The notes: a model not told the origin generated them from the letters alone. Shown: positions 43,929 through 55,162, counted from the first letter of the stretch. The stretch is DNA of 64,000 nucleotides from an uncultured Veillonellaceae bacterium (GCA_963805085.1 CAWDTA010000005.1:320001-384000); one strand, 5' to 3'. Made by a program: numbers and translations.

Positions 43929-44141
43929 ATTAGAATTCTTCTGCATGAAGGCAACTAATTTTCTGAGGAGCTATTTATTCTATTTGGACTATGTGAAAGC
44001 CAATTTAATGCTATATTTTTGCAAAAAAATTTGAAATTTACTTAATTGTATATTTGCGCTTAGGAATGTAGTATAGTAAGATAAAATATGTAATGGAACC
44101 TTGTATGGGTTCAAAAAAGAAAACTAACTGGAGCGAATAAG

Positions 44142-44828
44142 ATGAATTTTGTCATTTCGAATAAAACCATATATGAGTCGACGCGTGAATATGCATATCG
44201 TGTGTTGAGTGAGAATATATTGAATCTAAATTTGATTCCTGGTACGGCCCTGTCGGAACAGGATATCGCAGTTTTATTGAACATAAGTCGTACACCGGTC
44301 CGCGAAGCCTTTATTCGTTTGGCACAGGAGAATTTATTGGATATTTTGCCACAAAAGGGAACCTATATAGCTCAAATTGATTTGCAGCAAGTTTCGGAAG
44401 CGAGATATTTGCGTGAAGTTATGGAACAAGCTATTATAAAGATTGCTTGTGTTAAATTTCCAACCAACGCATTGATAGAGTTAAATGCTTGTTTGAAAAA
44501 GCAGGAAGAATGTGTAGAAAAAGAAGACTATGATACATTTTTTCAACTTGATTGGGTCTTTCATGGCATTATTTTTAATGCTTGCGAAAAATCTCGTATA
44601 TGGCAATTGATTACGCAGATGAGCTTGAATTATACACGGGTTAGAATTTTGAACTTGAAGCATGGATATTATGAGTTGCCGAAGCTCTTTTCTCAGCATC
44701 AAAGTATTTTACAGGCGATTGCAAATAAAGAACCGATTCAAGGCGGAGAAATTGTTGAGTTGCATATTAATAAGGTTGTTGAGGATATAGAAGATTTAAA
44801 AAAAATATATGAAGGATATTTTAAATAA
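44142..44828 (+). CDS. GntR-family (FCD) transcriptional regulator
   Basis: LSEQDIAVLLNISRTPVREAFIRL, PQKGTY, FCD with QH..IL.AI. Confidence 0.92.
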   Translation: MNFVISNKTIYESTREYAYRVLSENILNLNLIPGTALSEQDIAVLLNISRTPVREAFIRLAQENLLDILPQKGTYIAQIDLQQVSEARYLREVMEQAIIKIACVKFPTNALIELNACLKKQEECVEKEDYDTFFQLDWVFHGIIFNACEKSRIWQLITQMSLNYTRVRILNLKHGYYELPKLFSQHQSILQAIANKEPIQGGEIVELHINKVVEDIEDLKKIYEGYFK

Positions 44829-45050
44829 GAGAAAGTCAGCATTAGAATTTGAACTGAAATAAAAAATAGTGGGCAGAAATAAAAGTACAATTGTATTTTA
44901 TTTCTGCCCATTTGAATTTGGGTAGATCAATCCTGGCATATAGATGTGTTCATGAAATTTACAAAATTCAAATAAATGAGAATTTCGATTTAAATCAGAG
45001 AATAAACGAGAATATAAAGTAAAATGTCAAAAAAATGGAGATTATCTCCA

Positions 45051-45086
45051 TTTGCTGACATACTAGAATGGTAGTATATTAGCAAA
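45051..45086. promoter_or_regulatory. Candidate GntR operator upstream of uxuA
   Basis: Imperfect palindrome tttgctgacatacta-gaatgg-tagtatattagcaaa (13/15). Confidence 0.5.
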
Positions 45087-45113
45087 TGAAGATAGATATA
45101 TAGGGGGTATAGT

Positions 45114-46199
45114 ATGAAGATGACATTTCGCTGGTATGGGGAAAGAGATGACAAAATAACGTTGCAGCAGATTCAACAGATTCCTGGTATGCAAGGAATA
45201 GTAGGAGCTTTATTTGATATTCCTGTGGGGCAAGTATGGCCAATGGATAAAATTTTGCGTTTAAAATCGCAAATTGAAACGTATGGATTAGTCTTTGAGA
45301 CTGTTGAAAGTGTAAATGTACATGAAGATATCAAATTAGGACGCGTAAGCCGCGATCAATATATAGAAAATTATAATACGACTTTAAGAAATCTGGACAA
45401 AGCGGGTGTAAATGTTGTTTGTTATAATTTTATGCCGATTTTCGATTGGACGCGTACAGATTTGGCAAAACCTTTATATGATGGATCTACGGCATTGTCG
45501 TATGATTTTCATGTCATAAAAGATAAAGATCCAATTGCGCTGGCTAAAGAAATAGAAGAAAATAGTAATGGTTTTTTACTTCCGGGCTGGGAACCTGATC
45601 GGTTAAAAGAACTGAGACATTTATTTGAATTATACAGCGATGTGGATGAAGAAATGTTGTTTGCTAATCTAGCTTATTTTTTAAAGGCTGTAGTTCCAGT
45701 CGCTGAAGAATGTGGCATAAAGATGGCAATTCATCCAGATGACCCACCGTACTCTGTATTTGGCCTGCCGCGTATCGTAACGTCGAAAAAGAATTTGGAT
45801 AGAATTGTTTCTATGGTTGACAGTGCTAGTAATGCGTTGACGATTTGCAGTGGTTCTTTGGGAGCGAGCTTAGAAAATGATATCCCAGAAATTATCCGCT
45901 ATTTTGGCAAAAAAAATCGTGTAGCATTTGCGCATGTAAGAAATGTTCAAGTGCATGAACCTGGTGTTTTTAATGAAGTAGCGCATAAATCAAAGTATGG
46001 TTCTTTGGATATGTATGAAATTATGAAAGCTTTATATGATATAGATTTTAAAGGACCGATTCGTCCTGATCATGGTAGAATGATTTGGAATGAGGAAGGT
46101 CGTCCTGGGTATGGATTATATGATCGAGCTTTGGGGGCAAATTATTTAACTGGTTTATGGGATGCCATCTGTAGAGAAAATCATAGAACTGAATTTTAA
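45114..46199 (+). CDS. uxuA: Mannonate dehydratase
   Basis: MKMTFRWYG, ESVNVHEDIK, CYNFMPIFDWTRT, IHPDDPP, RPDHG, PGYGLYDRALG. Confidence 0.96.
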   Translation: MKMTFRWYGERDDKITLQQIQQIPGMQGIVGALFDIPVGQVWPMDKILRLKSQIETYGLVFETVESVNVHEDIKLGRVSRDQYIENYNTTLRNLDKAGVNVVCYNFMPIFDWTRTDLAKPLYDGSTALSYDFHVIKDKDPIALAKEIEENSNGFLLPGWEPDRLKELRHLFELYSDVDEEMLFANLAYFLKAVVPVAEECGIKMAIHPDDPPYSVFGLPRIVTSKKNLDRIVSMVDSASNALTICSGSLGASLENDIPEIIRYFGKKNRVAFAHVRNVQVHEPGVFNEVAHKSKYGSLDMYEIMKALYDIDFKGPIRPDHGRMIWNEEGRPGYGLYDRALGANYLTGLWDAICRENHRTEF

Positions 46200-46211
46200 G
46201 CAAAAGGAGAT

Positions 46212-47831
46212 GTGAGCATGTTATGTTTGAAAAGAGAACATTTGAAAGATAAAGAAGCCTGGAATCGTAGACATATTTCTTTATTTAGCTTCGATGATAA
46301 AAAAATGATAGCGAATAGTAAAAAACATCCACAGTGGATGCATTTTGGTCCAGGAAATATCTTTCGAGCGTTTATTGCTTCCTTACAGCAAGAACTTTTG
46401 GAAAAATGTGCAGTACAGACAGGGATTATAGCTGTCGCACCCTACGATGGCGAAGTCATTGAAAAAATATATCGTCCGCACGATAATTTGAGTCTGGTTG
46501 TTACAATGGAGCCTGATAATACTTTGGAGAAAAAAGTCATTGGCAGCATCAGTGAAAGTTTGATTTGCAGCCCGCAACAGAAAAAAGATTGGAAAAGACT
46601 GCAAGAAATATGGAGAAATCCTTCTTTACAAATTGTCAGTTTTACGATTACAGAAAAAGGTTATAAAATAACAGACTTCTTTGGCTATAAGCAAGAGGTC
46701 AAAGAAGATATTCAGAATGGATTGGAAATGCCGCAAAGTTTTCTTGGGAAAGTTACAGCCTTATTGTATGAACGTTATGTTGCTGGACAATTACCGATTG
46801 CATTGCTCAGTTTGGATAACTGTTCACATAATGGAGATAAATTGAAACAATCAATCCTTACTATAGCAAAGGCTTGTCAGGAAAAGGGCTTTTTAGAAGA
46901 GGAATTTATTGCGTATATTAATAATGTGAAGCAAGTTTCGTTTCCTTGCAGTATGATCGACAAAATTACGCCGCGTCCATCTAAAATGATACAGAAGATT
47001 TTGCAAGACGATGGCGTTACACAGATGGGGTTTATTTGCAGTCAGCATCAGAGTCATTATGCTCCTTTTGTCAATGCAGAAAAAACAGGCTATCTAGTGG
47101 TTGAAGACTGGTTCCCAAATGGACGCGGTCCTTTGGATACGGTTGGTGTTATACTTACGGATCGGCAAACAGTAGACCAGGTAGAACGCATGAAAGTCTG
47201 TACTTGCTTGAATCCGTTACATACAGCTTTAGCTGTTTTTGGCTGCTTGCTAGACTATGAATCTATTGCTTTGGAAATGCAAAATCCAATATTGAAAAAA
47301 CTGGTTGAAAAAATAGGGTATCAAGAAGGTATGCCGGTTGTGACGGATCCAGGGGTTATAAATCCACAAGACTTTTTGAAGGAAGTTATCGAAGTGCGTT
47401 TTCCAAATGCAAATATTCCTGATACTCCACAACGTATAGCAAGCGATACTTCTCAAAAGATAGGGATACGGTTTGGTGAAACATTAAAAGCTTATGCGAA
47501 AAGGCCTGATTTAGAGATTGGTGAGCTAATCTATATTCCGTTGACGATTGCCGGTTGGTGTCGCTATCTAATGGGTGTAGATGATAAAGGAAAAAACTTT
47601 GTAGTAAGCCCAGATCCTTTATTACTAGAGTTGCAAAAGAATATACAGAGCCTGCAGTTAGGAAATCCAGAGTCCTTGAAAAATCAATTGAAAGCTATTT
47701 TATCTAATCAAGAAATATTTGGAGTAGATTTATATAAAATTGGCTTAGGTAATAAAATCGAAGCATACGTAAAAGAAATGCTCGTAAGTGAGGGCGCTGT
47801 CGAAAGCGTGCTCATGAAATATCTAAGATGA
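46212..47831 (+). CDS. Mannitol dehydrogenase family protein, likely D-mannonate oxidoreductase (UxuB-like)
   Basis: HFGPGNIFRAF, SFTITEKGY, SLDNC, SMIDKITP, MKVCTCLNPLH; directly after uxuA. Confidence 0.85.
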   Translation: MSMLCLKREHLKDKEAWNRRHISLFSFDDKKMIANSKKHPQWMHFGPGNIFRAFIASLQQELLEKCAVQTGIIAVAPYDGEVIEKIYRPHDNLSLVVTMEPDNTLEKKVIGSISESLICSPQQKKDWKRLQEIWRNPSLQIVSFTITEKGYKITDFFGYKQEVKEDIQNGLEMPQSFLGKVTALLYERYVAGQLPIALLSLDNCSHNGDKLKQSILTIAKACQEKGFLEEEFIAYINNVKQVSFPCSMIDKITPRPSKMIQKILQDDGVTQMGFICSQHQSHYAPFVNAEKTGYLVVEDWFPNGRGPLDTVGVILTDRQTVDQVERMKVCTCLNPLHTALAVFGCLLDYESIALEMQNPILKKLVEKIGYQEGMPVVTDPGVINPQDFLKEVIEVRFPNANIPDTPQRIASDTSQKIGIRFGETLKAYAKRPDLEIGELIYIPLTIAGWCRYLMGVDDKGKNFVVSPDPLLLELQKNIQSLQLGNPESLKNQLKAILSNQEIFGVDLYKIGLGNKIEAYVKEMLVSEGAVESVLMKYLR

Positions 47832-47893
47832 GATACAGTAATGATAAATCAAGGTTAATAATATGTGTAAAAATATCGAGGGGAGAATAGGAA

Positions 47894-49441
47894 ATGTCAT
47901 TTTTGAATCGATTTATAGAAAATAAGAAAAAGAAAGTTACGTTATGGCGAGCTCTTAGTTATGGCGCTGCAGATATTATGGGTGGTAGCTCAAATATGTT
48001 AATTACAACATATTTAATGTTTTTTTATACAACATTTGTTGGCTTGACCCCAGTGGCAGCAGCATCAATTTTTGCTGGGGCAAAAATTATTGATGCGATA
48101 GCAAGTGTATGGATGGGAAGTCTTAGTGATACTTTCTATAATACGAAACTTGGAAAACTATTTGGACGTCGGCGCTTTTTCTTGCTCATTGGGTCTCCGC
48201 TTGTACTTACTTACGGATTATTATGGGTGAATGGACTCAATTATTGGTTTTATTTTTGTACTTATGTATTATTTGATATAGTAGCTACGGTTATTCTGAT
48301 TCCATTTGAAACTTTGCCGATGGAGATGACGACAGATTTTAATGAAAGAACATTGCTTTCAACTTGTAGAATGTTTATGTCAGGCGCTTTTAGTTCTATA
48401 TGTCCATTGATAGGTGCTGAAATTATTCATGTAATGGGAGAACATAATCCAAATGCTTATTTCGTTCTTGGTGGTAGCTTCGCAGTTTTCTATATGTGTT
48501 GCATATTTCTCACATATACATCTACATGGGAACGTAGCTATGAAGAATTTATGTCAACTAGAAAACTAGAACCACAAAAAATACAGCAATCCTTTTTTAG
48601 CTTTGAAGGGGTTAAGACACTGTGTCATATTGTTATTGACTATCTCTCTACCTTACGAGTGAGAGCTTTTAGACAACATTTAGCACTTTATTTATTAGGG
48701 GTTACTGCACAAGATATTTTTGTAACTGTGTTTATGTATTACGTTGTATTTGTAATTCATCAGACGACGTTATTTGGTGGATCGTTGCTGTCTATCAGTC
48801 TCATTAGTTTACCTTTGACGCCAATCAGTTATTGGTTATTCATTAGACTCGGACCGGCTAACTTATATAAAATTTGCTATACGATGGTTATTATGGGCTG
48901 CGTAGGCTATTATATTATGGCGATATCTCATGTAACAAATATTTTTTTATGGGCAATTATTATTTCAACGATTTATCAAATTGGTAAAGGATTTGTGTAT
49001 TCTAATCCATGGAATACATTCTCCTTTATTCCGGATGTGGATGAAATGATAACAACTAAGAGACGTGAAGGTTTGTTTGCTGCTATGATGACATTTTGCC
49101 GAAAACTGACGGGCTCAGTTGGTATGATAATTGTAGGAGCTGTCCTTGAATATGGCGGGTTTGTGAAACAAGCTAGTGAGCAACCTCCAACTGCTATTGA
49201 TAGTATTTTAAATATTCTACTTTTTGGTGTTGGTGGAATGACGTTTTTGGCATTGTTAGTAAGCTTTACTTTCACATTGAATAAAAAAAATCATGGGATT
49301 TTAATCGATGAAATACAACGGTTGAAGAATGGTGGATCGAAAGACGATGTTGATCCTAAAACAAAAAAAGTTGTCGAAAGCCTGACTGGTGTGGAATATC
49401 GTAAGCTTTATCCAACGCTCACTGATAAGCATAGCGCATAG
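47894..49441 (+). CDS. MFS GPH-family sugar/uronate transporter
   Basis: YGAADIMGG, FYTTFVGL, FGRRRFFLL, PDVDEMITTKRREG. Confidence 0.9.
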   Translation: MSFLNRFIENKKKKVTLWRALSYGAADIMGGSSNMLITTYLMFFYTTFVGLTPVAAASIFAGAKIIDAIASVWMGSLSDTFYNTKLGKLFGRRRFFLLIGSPLVLTYGLLWVNGLNYWFYFCTYVLFDIVATVILIPFETLPMEMTTDFNERTLLSTCRMFMSGAFSSICPLIGAEIIHVMGEHNPNAYFVLGGSFAVFYMCCIFLTYTSTWERSYEEFMSTRKLEPQKIQQSFFSFEGVKTLCHIVIDYLSTLRVRAFRQHLALYLLGVTAQDIFVTVFMYYVVFVIHQTTLFGGSLLSISLISLPLTPISYWLFIRLGPANLYKICYTMVIMGCVGYYIMAISHVTNIFLWAIIISTIYQIGKGFVYSNPWNTFSFIPDVDEMITTKRREGLFAAMMTFCRKLTGSVGMIIVGAVLEYGGFVKQASEQPPTAIDSILNILLFGVGGMTFLALLVSFTFTLNKKNHGILIDEIQRLKNGGSKDDVDPKTKKVVESLTGVEYRKLYPTLTDKHSA

Positions 49442-49639
49442 CAGTATACACGAAGTATAAGAATTTGGAAAGTACGAAATAAGAGGTTCCTTTTCTGAAG
49501 GAGTTGTTACAAATATTTTTGATATTGAGAATATTCAGAATAATATGGATTCTAGTATCAATAATAAAGTAGATATCGTAAAGTATGTTGTCAAAATTGC
49601 CAAATAAATAGTGGATGAAATTATGAGGGGAGATTTATT

Positions 49640-51691
49640 ATGAGTAGTAGTTACGAATGCTGGTTTAAATATGATCGTGTTTTAAATGAGAAAATAAAAG
49701 ATGATTATCAAAAATATGCTGGGGTAATTTTTTTTAAGGAAGGCAATGCAGTTTTACAGACTGCGGTAGATGAGTTGGTGTTTGCTTTTGAAAAAATATT
49801 TGGTCATAGGCCAATGATTATTAACGAAAAACCGGACACTCCCCATGTTTTTGTGGGGACGGCAGCAGTTGCTGCTGATGAGTATGCAATTGAGGTTCCT
49901 CGTCCAATTAAACGTGAAGGTTTTAGTATAAAAAGCTATAAGCAAGATAATCATGCAGTATTACAGCTTATTGGCAATGATCCGAATGGTGTAATTTACA
50001 GTGTATTTCATCTCATAAAAGCCATTTTGTGTGAGAAGACGCTGTCGGAAGCTGTAATCGAATCGACGCCGAAAAATCAGTTGCGGATGATCAATCATTG
50101 GGACAATATTAGCGGGGACGTTGAGCGAGGTTATGCAGGTCAATCACTTTTCTTTGCGAACAATGCTATTCGCAAAGATTATTCTAGAGTTAAAGATTAT
50201 GCCAGAATACTTGCCTCCATTGGCATCAATGCATTGACGATTAACAATGTAAATGTACATCAGGAAGAAGCGTATTTTATAACCGATAAATATTTACCTG
50301 ATATTGCTCAATTTGCTAATATATTTAGAAAGTATGGTATTAAGCTCTTTTTAAGCGTGAATTTCGCGGCACCGATTCGAATTGGCCATTTACCAACAGC
50401 AGATCCAGGGGATGAAGAAGTAAAAAGCTGGTGGAAGAAAAGTGTTCAGAACATATATAAATATATTCCTGATTTTGGCGGATTTTTAATTAAAGCGGAT
50501 TCTGAGCATGAAGCTGGGCCGTTTTCCTATGGACGAAATCATGCTGAGGGTGCTAATGTATTAGCGGCCGCCCTTAAACCCTTTGATGGCCTAGTCATTT
50601 GGCGGGGGTTTGTTTATAATTGTGAACTCAATTGGCGTAATCGCGAATTTGATCGAGCAAGGGCTTCTTATGATAATTTCAAGCCACTTGATGGACAATT
50701 CATAGACAATGTAATCATTCAGGTGAAAAATGGCCCTGTTGATTTTCAGATCAGAGAACCCGTGCATCCACTCTTTGGCGCTATGGAAAAGACCAATGAA
50801 CTTTTAGAGGTACAGATTACTCAAGAATATACTGGGCAACAGAAAGATCTTTGTTATTTAGTGCCGATGTGGAAAGAATGCTTGGATTTTGATACGTATG
50901 CCAAAGGGGAAAATTCACCGGTGAAAGATGTAATCAGCGGTGAACTCTTTAAGAATACATATGGTGGTATGGTTGGCGTTTCCAATATTGGCGATGATAA
51001 GAGCTGGACGGGAAATCCGCTTGCTCAGGCAAATTTGTATGGATTTGGCATGCTCGCATGGAATCCAGATTTTACTTCTGAAGCAATTGCTGAGGAATGG
51101 ACAAAGCTTACTTTTGGTTTGACGGAAAAAGTAGCAAAGATTATTGTTAATATGCTTGTTTGCTCACGGCGTGTTTATGAAGATTATACCGTGCCATTAG
51201 GAATTGGCTGGATGGTTAATCCTAACCATCACTATGGACCTAGTGTAGATGGCTATGAATATGCGCGCTGGGGTACATATCATTATGCGGATTTTAAAGG
51301 GATTGGTGTAGATCGTACAGTTGCGACCGGGACTGGTTATGCTGGTCAATATAGATCGCCAATGGCTGAAATCTATGAAGCAGAGGAAACATGCCCCGAA
51401 GAATTGTTGCTGTTTTTCCACCATGTATCATATCAGTACAAATTAAAGAATGGTCAAACATTGCTTCAATATATATATAATACTCATTTTAAAGGGGTAG
51501 AAGCCGTAAAAGGATTTATTGATGATTGGCAATTATTACAAGATTATGTAGAGCCAGAAATTTTTGATGCTGTTGCAAAGAGGTTTATAGCGCAACTGAA
51601 CAATGCAGAAGAATGGCGAGATGTAGTTAATACTTATTTTTATAGAAAAACAGGCATTAAGGATGATTTGGGAAGAAAGATATATGAATAA
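49640..51691 (+). CDS. aguA: Alpha-glucuronidase, GH67 (no signal peptide)
   Basis: RMINHWDN, ERGYAG, NNVN, KADSE, KNGPVDFQIREP, QITQEYTGQQ, PEELLLFFHH, EWRDVVNTYF. Confidence 0.93.
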   Translation: MSSSYECWFKYDRVLNEKIKDDYQKYAGVIFFKEGNAVLQTAVDELVFAFEKIFGHRPMIINEKPDTPHVFVGTAAVAADEYAIEVPRPIKREGFSIKSYKQDNHAVLQLIGNDPNGVIYSVFHLIKAILCEKTLSEAVIESTPKNQLRMINHWDNISGDVERGYAGQSLFFANNAIRKDYSRVKDYARILASIGINALTINNVNVHQEEAYFITDKYLPDIAQFANIFRKYGIKLFLSVNFAAPIRIGHLPTADPGDEEVKSWWKKSVQNIYKYIPDFGGFLIKADSEHEAGPFSYGRNHAEGANVLAAALKPFDGLVIWRGFVYNCELNWRNREFDRARASYDNFKPLDGQFIDNVIIQVKNGPVDFQIREPVHPLFGAMEKTNELLEVQITQEYTGQQKDLCYLVPMWKECLDFDTYAKGENSPVKDVISGELFKNTYGGMVGVSNIGDDKSWTGNPLAQANLYGFGMLAWNPDFTSEAIAEEWTKLTFGLTEKVAKIIVNMLVCSRRVYEDYTVPLGIGWMVNPNHHYGPSVDGYEYARWGTYHYADFKGIGVDRTVATGTGYAGQYRSPMAEIYEAEETCPEELLLFFHHVSYQYKLKNGQTLLQYIYNTHFKGVEAVKGFIDDWQLLQDYVEPEIFDAVAKRFIAQLNNAEEWRDVVNTYFYRKTGIKDDLGRKIYE

Positions 51692-51845
51692 AATGTAAAA
51701 TAATTAGGGGGAAATACTTTAAATTTAGCATTAATTTAGAAGAATATTATAGGAAGATAAAAGACTACATAATAATGATTATCAGTGACAAAGATACTTT
51801 GTCCGATATGTTTTTCATAATGAAAAATCATAAAAGGATGGATTT

Positions 51846-53204
51846 TTGATGAACATGATGATAAAAAATATGATTTATGGACTAATATCAGTGGTGATAT
51901 TTGGATTTTCTAGTACCGGATTTGCTCAGGCGAATCCATTTAGTGATGTTTCTAGAGGTAATTGGTCCTATGATGCTATAAAGCTCTTGATTCAGCAAAA
52001 CTTAGTTACGGGATATGATACTACAACGATAAAAGAAGATCAGATTTTGACAAGAGTTGAAATGGCGGTTATTGTAGCTAAGGCTATGTCCAAGGAAGAT
52101 ACGGCAAGCGACAATACAAAAAGGACTATTGATCAATTGGCAGTTGAATATGCAGAAGAATTAAAAGCTATTGGTGTAGTTCCAAAAGTTTCACAAAGTA
52201 AATTGGATAGGTTTACAGTAAATGGAATGGCTCGTGTTAGATTTGAAAAAGGAAAAACAAATGGTCCAACGGTAGATCAGGGGGGAATGGGAAAAAATTA
52301 TACACCCAATAGCCATATTAATCTAGATTTACTGTATAATTATCAACTTAATAAAGACTGGTCACTGTTTGGTGAATCTGAATTTGGTCGTCAGTTGAAT
52401 AGTGGTACGGAAAGTCAGACGTTGCAAAATTCTATATTTGAACAAATGTGTGTAATTGGCCCTGTAATCGGTATGAATGTAAAAATAGGTCGCTTTACCT
52501 CCGTTTCACCATATGGTATGGTATACGATGACAAAGTAACTGGTGTACAATTTACTTTCGGTAAAAAATTACAGACGATAATAGAATCAGGTAAAGCAAC
52601 TTCCACTGATGATGGGAATATTACTATTTATAGTGTTAATGATGGTACTGTTACTGCTACTAGTACTCCATACTCTTCTCAAATATATAATTCAGTTTTG
52701 CTTAAAACCCCCGTAAGTCCAGTGAGCAATGTGCAACTTGGTTATTATAAAATTGGTGCGTATTTAGGTCATGGGCAATCAGTGGTGCAAGATAAAAATA
52801 TAGGTTATGTTACAGGAGCATTTGATAGCAATTTTGCAAAAAATCTCAATTTACGTCTCGCTTTTAGTCATTCAAATGCAAGTGCCGTAAAAACGACTTG
52901 TTCTGATGGGACTACAATTGCAAGTAGCAAGACTTTGGGATATGTAGCTCGTATAGACTATAAAAAAGCAGATATTACTAAGATTGGAAGCTATGAGTGT
53001 TTTATTTTGTATAGAATGAGTCCACGATTATCCTGCTATAGCGATACTGATAACTGGCGGCAAAATGTAAAAGGTATTCGTGTTGGTTGCAAATATGTTA
53101 CTGATATCAATACAAAGCTTTACACCTGGTATACATTTGGTAAAGATGTCGACACAAATGCGAAGAATAACGAATACAGAGTAGAATATCAATTTTTTAT
53201 CTAA
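51846..53204 (+). CDS. SLH-domain outer membrane porin (OmpM-like)
   Basis: Signal peptide, NPFSDV..NWSYDAI..L...VTGY..LTRVEMA..VAKAM SLH, then beta-barrel-like region ending YRVEYQFFI. Confidence 0.85.
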   Translation: MMNMMIKNMIYGLISVVIFGFSSTGFAQANPFSDVSRGNWSYDAIKLLIQQNLVTGYDTTTIKEDQILTRVEMAVIVAKAMSKEDTASDNTKRTIDQLAVEYAEELKAIGVVPKVSQSKLDRFTVNGMARVRFEKGKTNGPTVDQGGMGKNYTPNSHINLDLLYNYQLNKDWSLFGESEFGRQLNSGTESQTLQNSIFEQMCVIGPVIGMNVKIGRFTSVSPYGMVYDDKVTGVQFTFGKKLQTIIESGKATSTDDGNITIYSVNDGTVTATSTPYSSQIYNSVLLKTPVSPVSNVQLGYYKIGAYLGHGQSVVQDKNIGYVTGAFDSNFAKNLNLRLAFSHSNASAVKTTCSDGTTIASSKTLGYVARIDYKKADITKIGSYECFILYRMSPRLSCYSDTDNWRQNVKGIRVGCKYVTDINTKLYTWYTFGKDVDTNAKNNEYRVEYQFFI

Positions 53205-53373
53205 TTTGATCTTACTCCAAAGAATGATGTATTTTCCTTTATTTATGAAAAGACTTAGATACTTAAATGCCAATTTCGAGATAAATCGAGTAGACGGTTT
53301 AAATAACCGCCCGCTCAATAGAAATTAATGTATTAATGAATATCTTTCACTGATTTATACTTAAGCGAAAGGA

Positions 53374-54690
53374 ATGGTTATAAATATGAGAAAAAGTTGG
53401 TTAATAAGGTTTCTATTCTGCGGATTATTTTTGGTACAGATTTTTCAAAGTCCGGCTTTGTGTGCAGAGATGAATATTTCAAAGGATAAGTTTTTCATTT
53501 TTAATCCTCCAGCAAATACTATTAATGAAGTTATGAAAACAGAGTCTATTTCAACGCAGACAATAGTCGCAAATAAATGGGTTGGTACTTGGGCAACTTC
53601 ACCATACTTGGTTACAGAGTCTAATATACCGCCTAGTCCTGGACTTTCAAACAACACCTTACGCCAGATTATTCGTGTTTCAATTGGTGGAAATCAAATT
53701 CGATTAAAATTTTCTAATCAATATGGTAAATCTCCAATTACAATGAATTCGGTGCATTTGGCTGTATCAGATGGTAAAAGTTCAATTAAATCTGACACAG
53801 ATAAAGTATTAACCTTTGGTGGAAATGAATCTGTAACAATTCCAGCAGGCCAAACGATTACTTCAGATACGCTTAATTATGGTTTAGAAAAACTGGCTAA
53901 TATGGCTATTACAATATATTTTGGTAGTACCCCAACTGATCTAACTGGTCATCCGGGGTCTAGAACAACATCGTACTTGCAGTCTGATAATGCAGTTACT
54001 GAGTCAAGCCTGCCCACAGCAGTAACTACTGATCACTGGTACTTTATAACAGGAATGGATGTACTGGCCTCAGACAAGGCAGTGGTTGCTTTGGGCGATT
54101 CAATTACCGATGGGAGAGGTACAACAACAAACGCAAATAATAGATGGACTGATATTTTTGCTTCCTGTTTACAGAAAAATCCTGCTACATCTAACGTCGC
54201 AGTGCTTAATCAAGGAATTGGTGGGAATTCTGTACTGTCAGGTGGATTAGGTCCAGTAGCGGTTAAGAGATTTGACCGTGATGTGTTGGAACAAAGTGGT
54301 GTTCGTTATCTAATAATATTCGAGGGTATTAACGATATTGGATCAGAGAAATCTACCCTAAAATTATCAACAGATTTGATAAATAGCTATAAGAATTTCA
54401 TTAGTAAAGCACATGAGAAAAATATCCTTGTATATGGAGCGACAATTTTGCCGTGTGGCGGTTCAGGATATTATAGTGAGCTTCATGAACAAATAAGGCA
54501 GGCAGTAAATGATTGGATTAGGACAAGTCGTCAATTTGATGCAGTAATCGATTTTGATGCCGCATTAAGAGATTCAAACGTTGCAACAAGACTTTTGAGT
54601 ACTTATGATAGTGGTGATCATTTACATCCTAATCCAGAAGGATATAAAAGAATGGCAGAAGCAATAGATCTAAATTTATTTTCTAAATAG
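53374..54690 (+). CDS. Secreted SGNH/GDSL hydrolase (probable carbohydrate esterase)
   Basis: WVGTWATSP, LGDSITDG, NQGIGGN, GIND, GDHLHPN. Confidence 0.9.
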   Translation: MVINMRKSWLIRFLFCGLFLVQIFQSPALCAEMNISKDKFFIFNPPANTINEVMKTESISTQTIVANKWVGTWATSPYLVTESNIPPSPGLSNNTLRQIIRVSIGGNQIRLKFSNQYGKSPITMNSVHLAVSDGKSSIKSDTDKVLTFGGNESVTIPAGQTITSDTLNYGLEKLANMAITIYFGSTPTDLTGHPGSRTTSYLQSDNAVTESSLPTAVTTDHWYFITGMDVLASDKAVVALGDSITDGRGTTTNANNRWTDIFASCLQKNPATSNVAVLNQGIGGNSVLSGGLGPVAVKRFDRDVLEQSGVRYLIIFEGINDIGSEKSTLKLSTDLINSYKNFISKAHEKNILVYGATILPCGGSGYYSELHEQIRQAVNDWIRTSRQFDAVIDFDAALRDSNVATRLLSTYDSGDHLHPNPEGYKRMAEAIDLNLFSK

Positions 54691-54958
54691 AGGCAAGAAA
54701 GGGGCTGTAGTGCGCCCGGGTAAGGCATAACCCGCACCCCTGTGGCAAACGTTAAAAAGATGTTTTATGGGTATAACGGCAAAATAGCAGGCAGAAAGCT
54801 AAAGGTCTTCAATCTTCTATTGCTAAGTGCAAGAATCATAAAGAAAAGTATAAAATAAATAGCTTGTATATTAACGGATTTAATTGTATACTATAATTCG
54901 TGTCAGTAACAAATATGTTCGCCGCTTTTGATGTAAAAAGAATAAATAATTAAAAGTG

Positions 54959-54987
54959 TTGACATAATGATCTGCTACTGGTATAAT
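54959..54987 (+). promoter_or_regulatory. sigma-A promoter of tRNA pair
   Basis: TTGACA-17 nt-TATAAT. Confidence 0.85.
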
Positions 54988-55002
54988 ATATTTTGTGGTT
55001 GA

Positions 55003-55079
55003 CGGGGCATGGCTCAGTTTGGTAGAGCACCTGGCTTGGGACCAGGGGGTCGCAGGTTCGAATCCTGCTGCTCCGACCA
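55003..55079 (+). tRNA. tRNA-Pro(TGG)
   Basis: Cloverleaf CGGGGCA...TGCTCCG-A-CCA; anticodon stem cctgg/ccagg, loop cttggga. Confidence 0.95.
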
Positions 55080-55085
55080 TTAATC

Positions 55086-55162
55086 GCGCCTGTAGCTCAG
55101 TTGGATAGAGCAACGGCCTTCTAAGCCGTGTGTCGAGCGTTCGAATCGCCCCAGGCGCACCA
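55086..55162 (+). tRNA. tRNA-Arg(TCT)
   Basis: GCGCCTG...CAGGCGC-A-CCA; anticodon stem acggc/gccgt, loop cttctaa; one A-C mismatch in T-stem. Confidence 0.93.

Noticed and set aside
55135-55151. A-C mismatch in the tRNA-Arg T-stem as a sign of pseudogenisation or att replacement
   Set aside because: The rest of the cloverleaf is intact, and repeat copies 1 and 2 appear to have C at the same position, so it is probably native.
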